From the NCBI GenBank assembly GCA_963827275.1, contig CAWHAA010000009.1, positions 64,001 to 128,000 of the forward strand: a DNA stretch of 64,000 nucleotides, read 5' to 3'. The stretch's first letter is position 1, and each line of letters opens with the position of its first letter. The position numbers and the translations under genes are program-made. The DNA is from an uncultured Spirochaetota bacterium (GTDB taxonomy: Bacteria; Spirochaetota; UBA4802; UBA5550). The notes below the pieces were generated by a model, which was not told the origin of the DNA, made no database searches, and saw only the letters and a list, made by a program, of their open reading frames with translations. Shown here piece after piece: positions 1 through 9,861 of the stretch.

Positions 1-1352
1 CGTTTGCCCTGGGCCCGTCAGGTACCGCGCGCGGGCAGGAGACGCCGGGTGCCATCACGCTCCCGCCGGTCGAGACCGCCGTCCTGGACAACGGCCTCAG
101 GCTCTTTTATATCAAAGACGAGCTCCCCCAGGTGACCATCATCGTCTCCTTCGGGTTCGGCAAGCTCTATGAAAAGCGGGAGACCGCCGGGATCGCCGAG
201 GTCATCGCGAAGGCCGTGTCCCTGGGCGGCTCCCGGAGCTACCCGGGGAGCGCGCTCCATGAAACAATCGACTCGATGGGCGGACGGCTGAGCATCGCTT
301 CCTCCTTCGAGAGCACGGTCATCTCCATCAAGGTGCTGGACCGCTTCAGGGAGCGGGCCTTCGCCATCGCGGCGGACCTTGCCCTGCATCCGAACCTGGG
401 GCCGCCGTACCTGGATAACGCGAAATCGCTCGTCGCCGACTCGATCAGGAGGAAGTACGACGATCCGGCCGAGATCGCCTTTGACCGGGCGAAGGCGATC
501 ATATTCGACGGCGAGGGATACGGGTCGGTGCCCACGGCGGAGCAGGTGCAGTCGTACACGGCGGAGCAGGTGCAGGCCGTCTGGCGGGACTACTGCACCG
601 CGGGCGGCGCCATGGTCGGGATATCGTCGTCCCTCGGCATGGACGAGGTGCTCGCGCTCTTCAGAAAGCACTTCTCCTCCATGGCCCCGGGCGGCGGCGC
701 TCCCTACGGGTCAGACCGTGAAAAGGCCCTCACAAGGGTGCGCGCGGGCAGGGGAAAGATATTTTTTTATCCCAAAGACATCCCCCAGTCAACGATCGTG
801 CTGGGGACCGCGGCGCCCGATATCGGGTACCGCGGCGCGCACGCGCTGGAGGTCATGAACTACGTGCTGGGCGGCGGCTCGTTTACCTCGCGTCTCATGA
901 CGGAGATCCGGGTCAAGCGGGGGCTTGCCTACGCGGTGCAGTCGATCCTGCGGCCCCGGTACCGGACGGGCGTGTTCCTCGCCTTCGCGCAGGTGGAGAA
1001 CAGGACCGCGGCTGAAACGCTCGGGCTGCTCACCGACAATATCGGGAGGATGGCGCGGGAGGAGATCACGGGCGGGGAGATCGAATGGGCGCGGAATGCC
1101 ATCAGCAACAGCTTTATATTCCAGTTCGATACGCCCATGAATGTCCTGTCGAACTACATGTTTATCGCGTACAACCATCTCCCGGCGGATTACTTTACGG
1201 GCTACCTCGCGCGCATCGCCGGCGTGAAGGGGACGGACATCCTCGCGGAGGCGCGGGGCCTGCTTGAGTGCGGACTCGTGACGGTGGTGGTGGGCAACGA
1301 GTCGGTGCTCGCGGACTTGAAAAAGCTCGGGGAAGTGGTTATACTGAAATAA
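1..1352 (+). CDS. M16 family (insulinase-like) peptidase, probably non-catalytic subunit; 5' end lies outside the window
   Basis: Frame is open from position 3 (…LDNGLRLFYIKDELPQV…). Contains the M16 C-terminal signature 'VMNYVLGGGSFTSRLMTEIRVKRGLAY'. No HXXEH motif is seen. Confidence 0.85.
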   Translation, partial: FALGPSGTARGQETPGAITLPPVETAVLDNGLRLFYIKDELPQVTIIVSFGFGKLYEKRETAGIAEVIAKAVSLGGSRSYPGSALHETIDSMGGRLSIASSFESTVISIKVLDRFRERAFAIAADLALHPNLGPPYLDNAKSLVADSIRRKYDDPAEIAFDRAKAIIFDGEGYGSVPTAEQVQSYTAEQVQAVWRDYCTAGGAMVGISSSLGMDEVLALFRKHFSSMAPGGGAPYGSDREKALTRVRAGRGKIFFYPKDIPQSTIVLGTAAPDIGYRGAHALEVMNYVLGGGSFTSRLMTEIRVKRGLAYAVQSILRPRYRTGVFLAFAQVENRTAAETLGLLTDNIGRMAREEITGGEIEWARNAISNSFIFQFDTPMNVLSNYMFIAYNHLPADYFTGYLARIAGVKGTDILAEARGLLECGLVTVVVGNESVLADLKKLGEVVILK

Positions 1353-1789
1353 TGGAACGGGGCGTTGTGGTGCAGGTTGACGGCGGCCGCGTCCTTGTCG
1401 AGGCCGGGCCGGATTCGTCATGCGATGGGTGCTCGGCGGCCCGCTCGTGCCTGGCCGCCGCGTCCGGCGGCGGGCGGCGGATATGGATGGACAACACCAT
1501 GGGCGCGGCGACCGGCGACGAGGTGGCCTTCCGCATCCAGGCGAGGGCGGTGGTCGGCAGCGCGCTCGTGCTGTATGCCGTACCCGCGGTGATGCTTGTC
1601 GCGGGCATCCTTCTGGGCTCGTCCCTTTCGGGGCGGCTGGGGGCTGACCCGGAGCTCTCCGCCATTGCGGGCGGGGTTGCCGCGTTGATTATGTCCTGTG
1701 GCATCATTCTCATAGCGTCATCGGTACTGAAAAAAAGACGCGGGTTCATCCCGCAGCTCGTTGAGGTGACTGCGAAAAAAATGAATTAA
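1352..1789 (+). CDS. RseC/MucC family membrane protein
   Basis: ATG overlaps the upstream TAA. 'ERGVVV…SSCDGCSAARSC' CxxC-x5-C motif, 'GDEV', then 'ALVLYAVP' and two TM helices. Confidence 0.85.
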   Translation: MERGVVVQVDGGRVLVEAGPDSSCDGCSAARSCLAAASGGGRRIWMDNTMGAATGDEVAFRIQARAVVGSALVLYAVPAVMLVAGILLGSSLSGRLGADPELSAIAGGVAALIMSCGIILIASSVLKKRRGFIPQLVEVTAKKMN

Positions 1790-1883
1790 TTCAATCCGGC
1801 GGGGCGATGTTCCGACATTAATGATATGTTTTCCGCGCGGGACCGGAGGTCCCGCGAGAGGAACATCCCAACTACGTTCAAGG

Positions 1884-2021
1884 ATGAACACCATGACAAA
1901 AAAAGTTATTGATTTAATGACCTACCGGATTGAAAAAACGTTAAAAGAGAACGGCTTTGAAGTAAAAAAGGATGACAATAAGAACGTAAAGATTCTGATC
2001 AAGTTGACCAATAACGAATAG
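1884..2021 (+). CDS. Small hypothetical protein (42-45 aa)
   Basis: AT-rich, protein-like ORF (MTKKVIDLMTYRIEKTLKENGFEVKK…). AGGA lies upstream of the ATG at 1893. Confidence 0.55.
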   Translation: MNTMTKKVIDLMTYRIEKTLKENGFEVKKDDNKNVKILIKLTNNE

Positions 2022-2155
2022 ATGATGCTGCATCCAGGATCTGTTTCCTTCCGCACGGGCGCTTGCCCGGACACGGCGGAAGGGGGGACGAGGGGGCGTT
2101 GACACGGCCCCCTCCGCATCTGACATAACGCGAACATCGAAAAGAGGTGGCCATA

Positions 2156-2656
2156 ATGGCAAATGATTTCGAGGCAAAACGCCAGGCTGTCCGTGATGAA
2201 CTGGACAGGTTGAATTACGAATTCAAGATTGAAATCCCCAAAAGGATAGCGGAAGCGCGGTCATACGGCGATTTGAAAGAGAACGCGGAGTACCACGCGG
2301 CGCGCGAGCGGCAGGGCATGGTCAAGGCGCGCATTTCCCAGCTCAACGCGCAGCTCGGCGAGCTGAAACAGCTGAACATCAACAATATTGCGGAAGACCG
2401 GATCGGTTACGGCGCGACCGTCGTCCTGGTTGACCTGGACACCGATGACCGCATGGAGCTGGTCTTCGTTTCACCCAACGAGGTGGACCCGTCGGCCGGC
2501 AGGATTTCCCTCTCGTCACCCATCGGCAACGCGCTGCAGAACAAGAAGGCCGGTGAGACCGCGGAGGCGGTCATTCCCGCGGGGAAGAGGCGCTATTACA
2601 TCGAAAAAATTGTAACCATCCACGGTGCCGTGCTGGAAGAAAAATACGCGGGATAA
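2156..2656 (+). CDS. greA: Transcription elongation factor GreA
   Basis: 'ARSYGDLKENAEYHAARE' and 'ISLSSPIGNAL' motifs; GAGG RBS before ATG 2156. Confidence 0.95.
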   Translation: MANDFEAKRQAVRDELDRLNYEFKIEIPKRIAEARSYGDLKENAEYHAARERQGMVKARISQLNAQLGELKQLNINNIAEDRIGYGATVVLVDLDTDDRMELVFVSPNEVDPSAGRISLSSPIGNALQNKKAGETAEAVIPAGKRRYYIEKIVTIHGAVLEEKYAG

Positions 2657-2692
2657 TCGTCGCAACTGCCGGTTATAAACTGTTTTCCTGAT

Positions 2693-2765
<73 letters not shown>

Positions 2766-3020
2766 GGATCGAATTTTCGAGATATTTGAAGGGGCGGTTT
2801 TTGTCAATATAATTTTACCGGCCCTTTTATTTTATATACCGTGACGGCGCCCGCCCGCAACGGGGGCCGGGTCCCCGCCCCGCAGACCCAGCAAGATCCC
2901 TTTTCATTGCCCAAATATCGTTTTATGAATATAAATATAATCGCCGGTATCCGATAAAATAAAAGGGAAGGAATGCCGGCCTAAAATCGGGATTTCCGCC
3001 GGCCCGGCCGCATTACCATC

Positions 3021-3049
3021 TTGACACGGGGGGGAAGGGGTGTTATCCT
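3021..3049 (+). promoter_or_regulatory. sigma70-type promoter
   Basis: TTGACA-17bp-TATCCT with an extended -10 TG. Implies the downstream CDS starts at ATG 3083 rather than GTG 3050. Confidence 0.6.
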
Positions 3050-3082
3050 GTGTCATACAATCTGATAGGACCTGATCAACCG

Positions 3083-4435
3083 ATGATTTTAACCTACGTG
3101 ATCGTCTTTCTGTTCATTATCATTTTCGGGATGATTGTCTGGTACGTTCTCCAGACCTTTGTGCTTCCGCGAAGGATCGACGAGATCGCACAGATGATAG
3201 AGGCCGGGCAGACCAAGCAGGCCATCAAGAAGCTCATCGACATTCTCCAGAAAGACGACCGCAACAGCTATGCCCACTACCTCCTGGCCGACGCCTATGT
3301 CAGGGAAAACAACCAGAAGCTGGCCACGGTGGAATACCGCCAGGTCCTGAAGTACGGCAAGTACAACGAGAAGGTAAATGAAATCGACGTGCGCAGCAGG
3401 CTCGCGAAGCTCTACCTGGAGCAGGGCCTCCTGGAGGATGCCAAGAGCGAATACCTGATCCTGACGAAGATCGAGCCGGACAACTTCCAGCATTTCTTCG
3501 AGCTGGGGACCATTTACTTCCGCGCCAACGCGATGGACCGGGCCACCATCTTTTTCAAGAAGAGCGTCTCGCTGAACCCGCGGCACGAGCAGTCGCACTA
3601 CTACCTGGGGCAGATCTATTACCAGAACAACCTGTATCCCGACGCGAAGCAGTCGTTCCTCGAATCCATCAAGATCGAGCCGTCCAACTACCGCGCGCAC
3701 TATTTCCTCGGCCTGGTGCTCCGCCAGATGTCCGACTTCGAGTGGGCGATAAAGGAATTCGACGTGGCCCAGAAGAGCGAGGACCTGAAGGTGAAATGCT
3801 TCCTCGCCAAGGGCTCGTGCCACATGCAGAAGGGCATGATCCCCAAGGCGATCATGGAGTTCGAGCGGGGCCTGAAGTTCGCGCGGAAGGGGAGCGATAC
3901 CGAGCTCGGGCTGCGGTACTATCTCGCCGAGTGCTACGAGAAGACCCGGGACCTCCATTCCGCCATTTACCAGTGGGAAAAGATCGCGGAGATGAAGCCG
4001 AATTTCCGCGACGTCCAGGCCAAGCTCAAGAACTACGCCGAGTTCCGGCAGGACGACCGCATCAAGGACTTCCTGATATGCGGCCTCGCCCAGTTCGAGC
4101 ACACCTGCCGCAAGATCGTCGAGGCGATGAACTTCAACATCAACGACATCAATATCATCAGCGACACCGAGATCGAGATCGTCGCCACCGAGAGCGAGGG
4201 AAAATGGCGGAACACCCGCCAGACGAACCGCCTCATACGGGTCACCAGGACCACCGACACCATACAGGAGCGCTTCCTCCGGACGCTCCACGAGAACATG
4301 AAGAACAAGAACGCCACCAGGATCATCGTCATCACCACGGGGGATTATGCCCAGTCGGCGGTTGAATTCGCCAATACGCGCCCCATCGAGCTGTACGGCA
4401 AGAACGAGCTGATCAATATCCTGAGAAAATTCTAG
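3083..4435 (+). CDS. Membrane-anchored TPR protein with C-terminal degenerate Mrr-like (type IV restriction endonuclease fold) domain
   Basis: N-terminal TM helix and many TPR repeats (AHYLLA, HYYLGQIY, AHYFLGLVL). C-terminal 'QFEHTCRKIVEAMNF…IIVITTGDYAQSAVEFANTRPIELYGKNELINIL' resembles Mrr_cat. Confidence 0.75.
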   Translation: MILTYVIVFLFIIIFGMIVWYVLQTFVLPRRIDEIAQMIEAGQTKQAIKKLIDILQKDDRNSYAHYLLADAYVRENNQKLATVEYRQVLKYGKYNEKVNEIDVRSRLAKLYLEQGLLEDAKSEYLILTKIEPDNFQHFFELGTIYFRANAMDRATIFFKKSVSLNPRHEQSHYYLGQIYYQNNLYPDAKQSFLESIKIEPSNYRAHYFLGLVLRQMSDFEWAIKEFDVAQKSEDLKVKCFLAKGSCHMQKGMIPKAIMEFERGLKFARKGSDTELGLRYYLAECYEKTRDLHSAIYQWEKIAEMKPNFRDVQAKLKNYAEFRQDDRIKDFLICGLAQFEHTCRKIVEAMNFNINDINIISDTEIEIVATESEGKWRNTRQTNRLIRVTRTTDTIQERFLRTLHENMKNKNATRIIVITTGDYAQSAVEFANTRPIELYGKNELINILRKF

Positions 4436-4449
4436 CGGCCCGTGATCCG

Positions 4450-6279
4450 ATGAATGCCACCGCACACATCCTCGCCGGAATCCCGCTCTTCCGTCACTGC
4501 ATCGAGGAGGAGATCGCCCGGCTCCAGGCAATAGGGAAGCCCGTCACCGTCAGGAAGGGCCACCAGTTCGACCTGAAGAAGGCCAATTCCTTCAACGTCG
4601 TCATCAACGGGATCTTCGAGATCGAGGCCATGGGAAAGACGGATGTCGTCTACCTCGCGCCGGGCTCCTATTTCGGCACGATACCCTTCACCGATAACCG
4701 CCAGGCGGGGAAGGTAAAGGCGCTGGTCGATTCGACCCTCATGATGTTCGCCGCCGATGACCTGTACCGCTTTTTCCTGATGTCGTACAAGTGTCTCCGG
4801 GGCTATCTGAAGATCATCGGGCGGACAGGGCTGGAGATATCGGAGGTCGGGAAGGATTACTTCGGCGGCGCCACGCGCATCATAACCGTGTACAGCCCGT
4901 ACCCCCGCTCCGGGAAGTCCTTTCTTGCCGCCCTGATGGGCGCCGCGCTCGCAAAAAACGGAAAGACGGTGGTGCTGGACATGTCCTTTTCCGGCGCCAG
5001 CGTCTTCAATTTCTTCGAAAAGAAGGTCCCGGCCCCCCTGGCCCACAGGACGGAGGACGCCCCCGCGATCGAACGGCTCATCAACGAGCGGGTGGAGCAC
5101 GCCGGCAGAGACCTTGACCTTCTCAATATCGCGTTCGGTTCAAAGGTAAAAGTCAACACGGACATCATATCGCCCCTCCTGTTCATGCTTTCAAAAGAGT
5201 ACCGCTATGTCGTCATCGACTGCGGGGACGTCGACGACGCGCTGCGGGACCGGCTGTTCGGGGTTTCCGACGGCATCTTCACGCTGCTGAAAAACCAGAA
5301 GGACACGCGCCTCGTGTACGACCTGTTCGACGCGGGCGTGAAGGAAGGGCAGCGCGTGTATTATATCGTCAACGAGCACTACGCGGGAGAGGTCAGGGAC
5401 TTCCCCGGCGGCCTGGCGCTGCCGACGTTCGAGGCGGCCGCCGACGGGGGAGAGAACGCGCGGATAGAGCGCTGCGCCGCGTCTGACGGGCTGCTCCCCC
5501 TGCTGTCGCTGGTGACGAAAAAGCGTCGCGCGCTGGTGCTCGAGACGGGCCTGCTCCAGTCGTTGTTTTACGGCGGCTTTCTCGGCGCGCTGCATACGAG
5601 CGGCGCACCCTTCGACCTGGTGTACGCCTCGGCCTACGGCTATATCGTCCTTGCCCTCTACCAGTCCAGCGGCAGCTGGGGCGAGTTCGGGAAGCGGATG
5701 GAGCAGTTTTTCTCCGAGGACAGGCTGAACAGGCTCCTGGACGTCACCTTCCCCGACGCCCATGTGTTTAAAAACGGCGCCGCGTCAAAGCTTGCCGCCG
5801 AGCTGTGCGGTGACAGCCGCATCGAGATGTTCCGGCAGGCGCCCGTGGCCATGCTGGCAAGCGACGGACTCGGGTCGCGGCGGCTCTTCAGCACCGGCCG
5901 CCTCCGGGAGGTCGTCGCCGCCTCCTTCTCCCTCTACCCGCTATTCGAGCAGGTCGAGATCTCCGGGGGCCGCTATAATTCAGGGTACCCGGATTTCAGG
6001 GCGCGTATCGAAGACCTGCTGCGGATAGACGTCGATGAAACGGTGTTTGTCTCGGTGAACAACAAGGCGGCCATGGGCTACCGGGACGGGAAGCTCATGA
6101 GCTTTTTTTCGCGCTACCTTTCGTGCGTTGAGGAGCGTACCGCCGAGCCAACAATGGGCGACCTTTCGGACGTCAATTTGGTGATCGAGGTCTCGGAGCA
6201 GGAGATCGGGATCGATCGTATCCTTGAGGCATCGCGCGGAATTTCAGATACCCTCCTTAAGAAAATGCCGCGCCGGTAA
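4450..6279 (+). CDS. cNMP-binding / ParA-MinD-like / degenerate patatin-like fusion protein
   Basis: N-term 'ILAGIPLF…LAPGSYFG…VKALVDSTL' (cNMP-binding fold). Middle 'ITVYSPYPRSGKSFLA…VLDMS…YVVIDCG' (deviant Walker A). C-term 'RALVLETG…FDLVYASAYG…GRLREVVAASFSLYPLF' (patatin-like). Confidence 0.65.
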   Translation: MNATAHILAGIPLFRHCIEEEIARLQAIGKPVTVRKGHQFDLKKANSFNVVINGIFEIEAMGKTDVVYLAPGSYFGTIPFTDNRQAGKVKALVDSTLMMFAADDLYRFFLMSYKCLRGYLKIIGRTGLEISEVGKDYFGGATRIITVYSPYPRSGKSFLAALMGAALAKNGKTVVLDMSFSGASVFNFFEKKVPAPLAHRTEDAPAIERLINERVEHAGRDLDLLNIAFGSKVKVNTDIISPLLFMLSKEYRYVVIDCGDVDDALRDRLFGVSDGIFTLLKNQKDTRLVYDLFDAGVKEGQRVYYIVNEHYAGEVRDFPGGLALPTFEAAADGGENARIERCAASDGLLPLLSLVTKKRRALVLETGLLQSLFYGGFLGALHTSGAPFDLVYASAYGYIVLALYQSSGSWGEFGKRMEQFFSEDRLNRLLDVTFPDAHVFKNGAASKLAAELCGDSRIEMFRQAPVAMLASDGLGSRRLFSTGRLREVVAASFSLYPLFEQVEISGGRYNSGYPDFRARIEDLLRIDVDETVFVSVNNKAAMGYRDGKLMSFFSRYLSCVEERTAEPTMGDLSDVNLVIEVSEQEIGIDRILEASRGISDTLLKKMPRR

Positions 6280-6459
6280 TTATTTTGCCATTCCCCCGTG
6301 AAATTATTATTGATTAATTATGCGATTTGCCGCTTGTTATCCAGATTGCCGCGGCGCTCTGCCGTCCGCCGGGGAATGGCCCGGCGGCTCCGTGCGGAAC
6401 GGGGCCGCGGCCGGATGCTGAATGATATGCCGCATACACAGGCGCGAGAGGTGGCGTGA

Positions 6460-7044
6460 ATGAGATCAAGAAACACCAATATATTACAGGGGATAGTTAT
6501 TCTGACCGGCATCGTATATATCGTCGTGGGCCTTTCCTTCTACGCATCGCCGTACCGCGTCTTCAAGCTGTTTTCAGCCGGCTCCGAGGCGCGGATGAAT
6601 GTCGCAGTCGACGAGGCGGGGGGCGGGGGCCCGGGAAAAGCCTATGACGGGGCGGATGTTTCCGAGGAGGAGTGGCTCAAGCAGATCATCAACGACGAAA
6701 TCATCTCCCCGCTCTATTACCTGTCCCGTATCTTCGCGGCCTTCCTTATGATAAGCGGCATCGCGATGATCATGCCCCTCTTTGACCCGCTCAGGTACCG
6801 GGGGCTGGTGTATTTCAACGGGCTTATCTTCCCGGTGATCGCGGCCCTGTCGATTTTCCTGTTCCTGCGCGCCCAGAAATCGATCAACCTGGAGATTGCC
6901 GCGGATGCGGGAAAGGACGCGGTTGTCTGGCAGGAAGGCCACATGGTCATGACCTCGCTCGGGATAATCTTTATCATACTCGTCATATTGAACGCGGCGG
7001 GCCTTGTCATCACCAGAAAACAGGCGCATGAAGGGAGAGAGTAG
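6460..7044 (+). CDS. Hypothetical membrane protein (about 4 TM)
   Basis: Four hydrophobic segments; GAGG upstream of the start. Confidence 0.7.
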   Translation: MRSRNTNILQGIVILTGIVYIVVGLSFYASPYRVFKLFSAGSEARMNVAVDEAGGGGPGKAYDGADVSEEEWLKQIINDEIISPLYYLSRIFAAFLMISGIAMIMPLFDPLRYRGLVYFNGLIFPVIAALSIFLFLRAQKSINLEIAADAGKDAVVWQEGHMVMTSLGIIFIILVILNAAGLVITRKQAHEGRE

Positions 7045-7198
7045 GCGCCGTTACCGGTCCGCATGGAGGGTTGTTTTCCGGGCTGGCGGAGGAGGGAAGG
7101 AGATAGTGAACACTCCGCCCTTACCGGGGCCGATAATGAGAGGCGATATGTACATTTTCTGTTTTTAGCAATAAATGCTCCGGTTGGATAATTTTTTA

Positions 7199-7227
7199 TT
7201 GATTTAAAACAGCTGTATATATAAAAT
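7199..7227 (+). promoter_or_regulatory. sigma70-type promoter upstream of the STAS gene
   Basis: TTGATT-17bp-TAAAAT in an AT-rich intergenic region. Confidence 0.5.
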
Positions 7228-7260
7228 TGTATTATTCAATAATTTGATCTGGAGATACCT

Positions 7261-7599
7261 ATGAACCTCAATCTTAAAAGGGTTGGTAATGTGGTCGTGG
7301 TTTACCTCGCCGGCAGACTCGATGTGCACCTGTCAGCGGAAATTGAGAAGGAAATTAATAAGATCATCCAGAACGAAACTGAAATGCACCTGCTCATGAA
7401 CCTGAACGATGTTGAATACATGAGCAGCTCGGGATTGAGGATTTTTGTCTCGACCATGCGGGTCCTGAAGGAGCAGAAGCGGCAGCTGAAGCTCTGCAAC
7501 ATGAACAACGCCGTGAAGAAGATCTTCGAGGTCGTTGAGCTGATGGATATGTTCGATATTTACGACAATGAGGAAGATGCCCTGAAGTCCTTCAAATGA
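7261..7599 (+). CDS. STAS-domain anti-sigma factor antagonist (RsbV/SpoIIAA-like)
   Basis: 'GRLDV…NLNDVEYMSSSGLRIFV…VKKIFEV' with the phosphorylatable Ser; GGAG RBS. Confidence 0.92.
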   Translation: MNLNLKRVGNVVVVYLAGRLDVHLSAEIEKEINKIIQNETEMHLLMNLNDVEYMSSSGLRIFVSTMRVLKEQKRQLKLCNMNNAVKKIFEVVELMDMFDIYDNEEDALKSFK

Positions 7600-9806
7600 C
7601 ACAATGGTTGAATCAGTGGCTGCGATTGAGAATTTCTCAAATAAAAAAAATTCGTAAATCGGACGTTTCCGGTCTCTCGGGCCCCTGTACTATTGCCATC
7701 GATGCCGAAAAATACGCAGCGCACCGTGAAGAATACACGACAGGCGCGCACAACTACTCCCTCTTCCAGAAATTTTCCGGTTTCAGGTGGCCCGCCTGGA
7801 TCAACGCAATGAACGATCCCTCCCGCGCGGTCTCCTTTCCCCCCTTCATGCTCGTCAATACCGCCATGCGGGACTGTCTCTATTCCACGAATTTTCTCTC
7901 AGACAACGGCCTGTATGTCGATCCGTCGGGCATGCTGTCGCCCTCCTATGGAAGCTGGTCGCTCGAGACCTGGATTGTGCGCGGCAAAGACCTTTATCGT
8001 CCCGCGGAGGACTGGGGGCACGTCAGGCAGGAGCGCGATACAAAGAACTCGCTCATCTATTCGAGCTGGGAGAACCAGCTCTGCAAGGTGAAGCATACCC
8101 TCTACGGTGCCCGCAGCGCGGTGGACGAGGTGGTGGTTGAGACGGAATGCCTCCTCAAGGAGCGGATGAATTCTTCAATCATGTTCGTTGTCAGGCCGTA
8201 TGACCGGCTGCGCCTGGGGGGGTGCACCCAGGTCGAATACCGGAAAGAAGGCGCGATCATCGCCGTCAACGGGCACAACGCGGTCTGCTTTGACGCCAGG
8301 CCGGATTACGTTTCAACCGGCGGCGAGGGGTTCCGCGACATCGACCTTTCGGAAGGAGGGGGCGGGACGCGGAGCGAATCGTCCTTCGGCATGGCGACAC
8401 TGGGCCTGGGCTACGCGCTGAAGAAGGGCGAGAACCGTTTCACGTTCCGCGTGGCGCTTGAACCGCGCGGCGGGATCGCGGGGGGAAAATATAATTACAA
8501 CGGCGCAAGGGACGATTATACCGCGTTCTCGAGCATGCGTATCCGCAACGGCGCGAACCTCGCCATGCCCGACCGGCAGGTGCAGAACTGGTTTTACGGG
8601 TCGAAGATATCGCTCCTCAATTTTTCCCCTGAACGGATCAGGCGGGACGACGGGAGAATAGACGCGCTGAAAGCGTTCCTGATAATTTTCGGATACAACC
8701 GGATGGGGTATTTCCCGGAATCGCTGCGGTACATCGATCTTCTTGTCAGGGAATCACCCGCGGACGATAAGAAGGCGGGATTTGACGCGGTAATCGACGC
8801 CTGCGCGCTGATCGATTCAATCGCCGATTATTTCATCCACGTGCGCGATACCGCATTCATACAGGACAGGTTCGAATTCATAAAGAGGAAAGCGCTCGGG
8901 ATATATAATTACTCCCGTTCCATGAAGAAGGCGGGGGCCCGTGCGCGTAATTCACTTGCATATTACTCGATCGCGGAGGAGCACCAGTTCGACAACATCC
9001 GCATCGCACATTCGCTTGCCAATTTCTCATACCTGGCCCGGTGCCTCGGCATATTCGGGGACGAGCTCACGTTCCGGAAGGAATCGGACCGCGTCGCCGG
9101 CCTGGTCATGCAGGCCGCGTTTGAGGAGGGCCCCGGGCTCCTTGAGAATGAATTCTCCGTGTATAACCTCGCCGCGGGATTCCCGTGGCATCTTGACGCG
9201 GTCCCCGAAGGCTCCCTCCGGGGCCTTGTTGACCGGGCGGGCGCGCGTTTCGGCGACATGCCCCTCTTCGTCAAATCACTCGGGTATGACATTATGGCCA
9301 CGCTCGTCGCCGTGAACAATCTGGTGCTGATGAAAGACCAGCGGGGATACGACGGCATCATGGGCCTCCTGAAGATGAGGGGCCGGACGTACGTCCTGCC
9401 CGAATACATGAACCCGTCAACCGGGAGGTCGAACTGGGGCGACGGCGCCTCGATGGCCGTGAGCGCCATGGTCTTCGCGACGATCCGGAACCTCCTGTTC
9501 ATCGACCGCCGCGAGCGCCTCGACCTGTTCCCGCTGCCGCGCGCCGAGTGGTTTGAGCCGGGAAACGAGATGAAGATCGAGGACCTCCCTTCCCGCTTCG
9601 GGTTGATATCGCTCCGGATGGTCTCCACGGTGAACGAGATACAGCTGCATTTCGACAAGCTCCCGAAATTCGTGCCCCCCGATATTCTCATAAATCTGCC
9701 CTATAAGACAAAAATCAAGCTCGAGGACGATTTTATCCTCAAGAAGGAAGATGAAACGTCATTTATCATTAACGGGTGGCCGTCGATAATCCGATTTTTA
9801 CGATGA
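7596..9806 (+). CDS. Hypothetical protein, possible six-hairpin glycosidase-like fold
   Basis: 736-aa ORF coupled to the STAS gene by an ATGA overlap. Beta-rich N-term, helical middle, and C-terminal 'LPEYMNPSTG…LDLFPLPRAEWF…IEDLPSRFGLISL' reminiscent of (alpha/alpha)6 glycosidases. The function is an inference. Confidence 0.5.
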   Translation: MTQWLNQWLRLRISQIKKIRKSDVSGLSGPCTIAIDAEKYAAHREEYTTGAHNYSLFQKFSGFRWPAWINAMNDPSRAVSFPPFMLVNTAMRDCLYSTNFLSDNGLYVDPSGMLSPSYGSWSLETWIVRGKDLYRPAEDWGHVRQERDTKNSLIYSSWENQLCKVKHTLYGARSAVDEVVVETECLLKERMNSSIMFVVRPYDRLRLGGCTQVEYRKEGAIIAVNGHNAVCFDARPDYVSTGGEGFRDIDLSEGGGGTRSESSFGMATLGLGYALKKGENRFTFRVALEPRGGIAGGKYNYNGARDDYTAFSSMRIRNGANLAMPDRQVQNWFYGSKISLLNFSPERIRRDDGRIDALKAFLIIFGYNRMGYFPESLRYIDLLVRESPADDKKAGFDAVIDACALIDSIADYFIHVRDTAFIQDRFEFIKRKALGIYNYSRSMKKAGARARNSLAYYSIAEEHQFDNIRIAHSLANFSYLARCLGIFGDELTFRKESDRVAGLVMQAAFEEGPGLLENEFSVYNLAAGFPWHLDAVPEGSLRGLVDRAGARFGDMPLFVKSLGYDIMATLVAVNNLVLMKDQRGYDGIMGLLKMRGRTYVLPEYMNPSTGRSNWGDGASMAVSAMVFATIRNLLFIDRRERLDLFPLPRAEWFEPGNEMKIEDLPSRFGLISLRMVSTVNEIQLHFDKLPKFVPPDILINLPYKTKIKLEDDFILKKEDETSFIINGWPSIIRFLR

Positions 9807-9861
9807 TGGGACTCATGGTATCGGTCTTGTTTCCGCGGCGTTATGACCGCGAGGTGAAGCA

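Noticed and set aside
2932..2957. TAAA-N14-TCCGATAA, a possible sigma28 promoter before the TPR gene (also GCCGATAA at 7129-7136 and ACCGATAA at 55338-55345)
   Set aside because: The spacing or the -35 element is off consensus, and good sigma70 promoters explain the first two genes; too weak to call.
3089..4531. Long antisense ORFs (e.g. 3089-4531, 9880-10917, 25735-26877, 29589-30809, 49477-50754, 58486-59769)
   Set aside because: They are shadow frames of well-supported genes in high-GC DNA and have no recognisable motifs.
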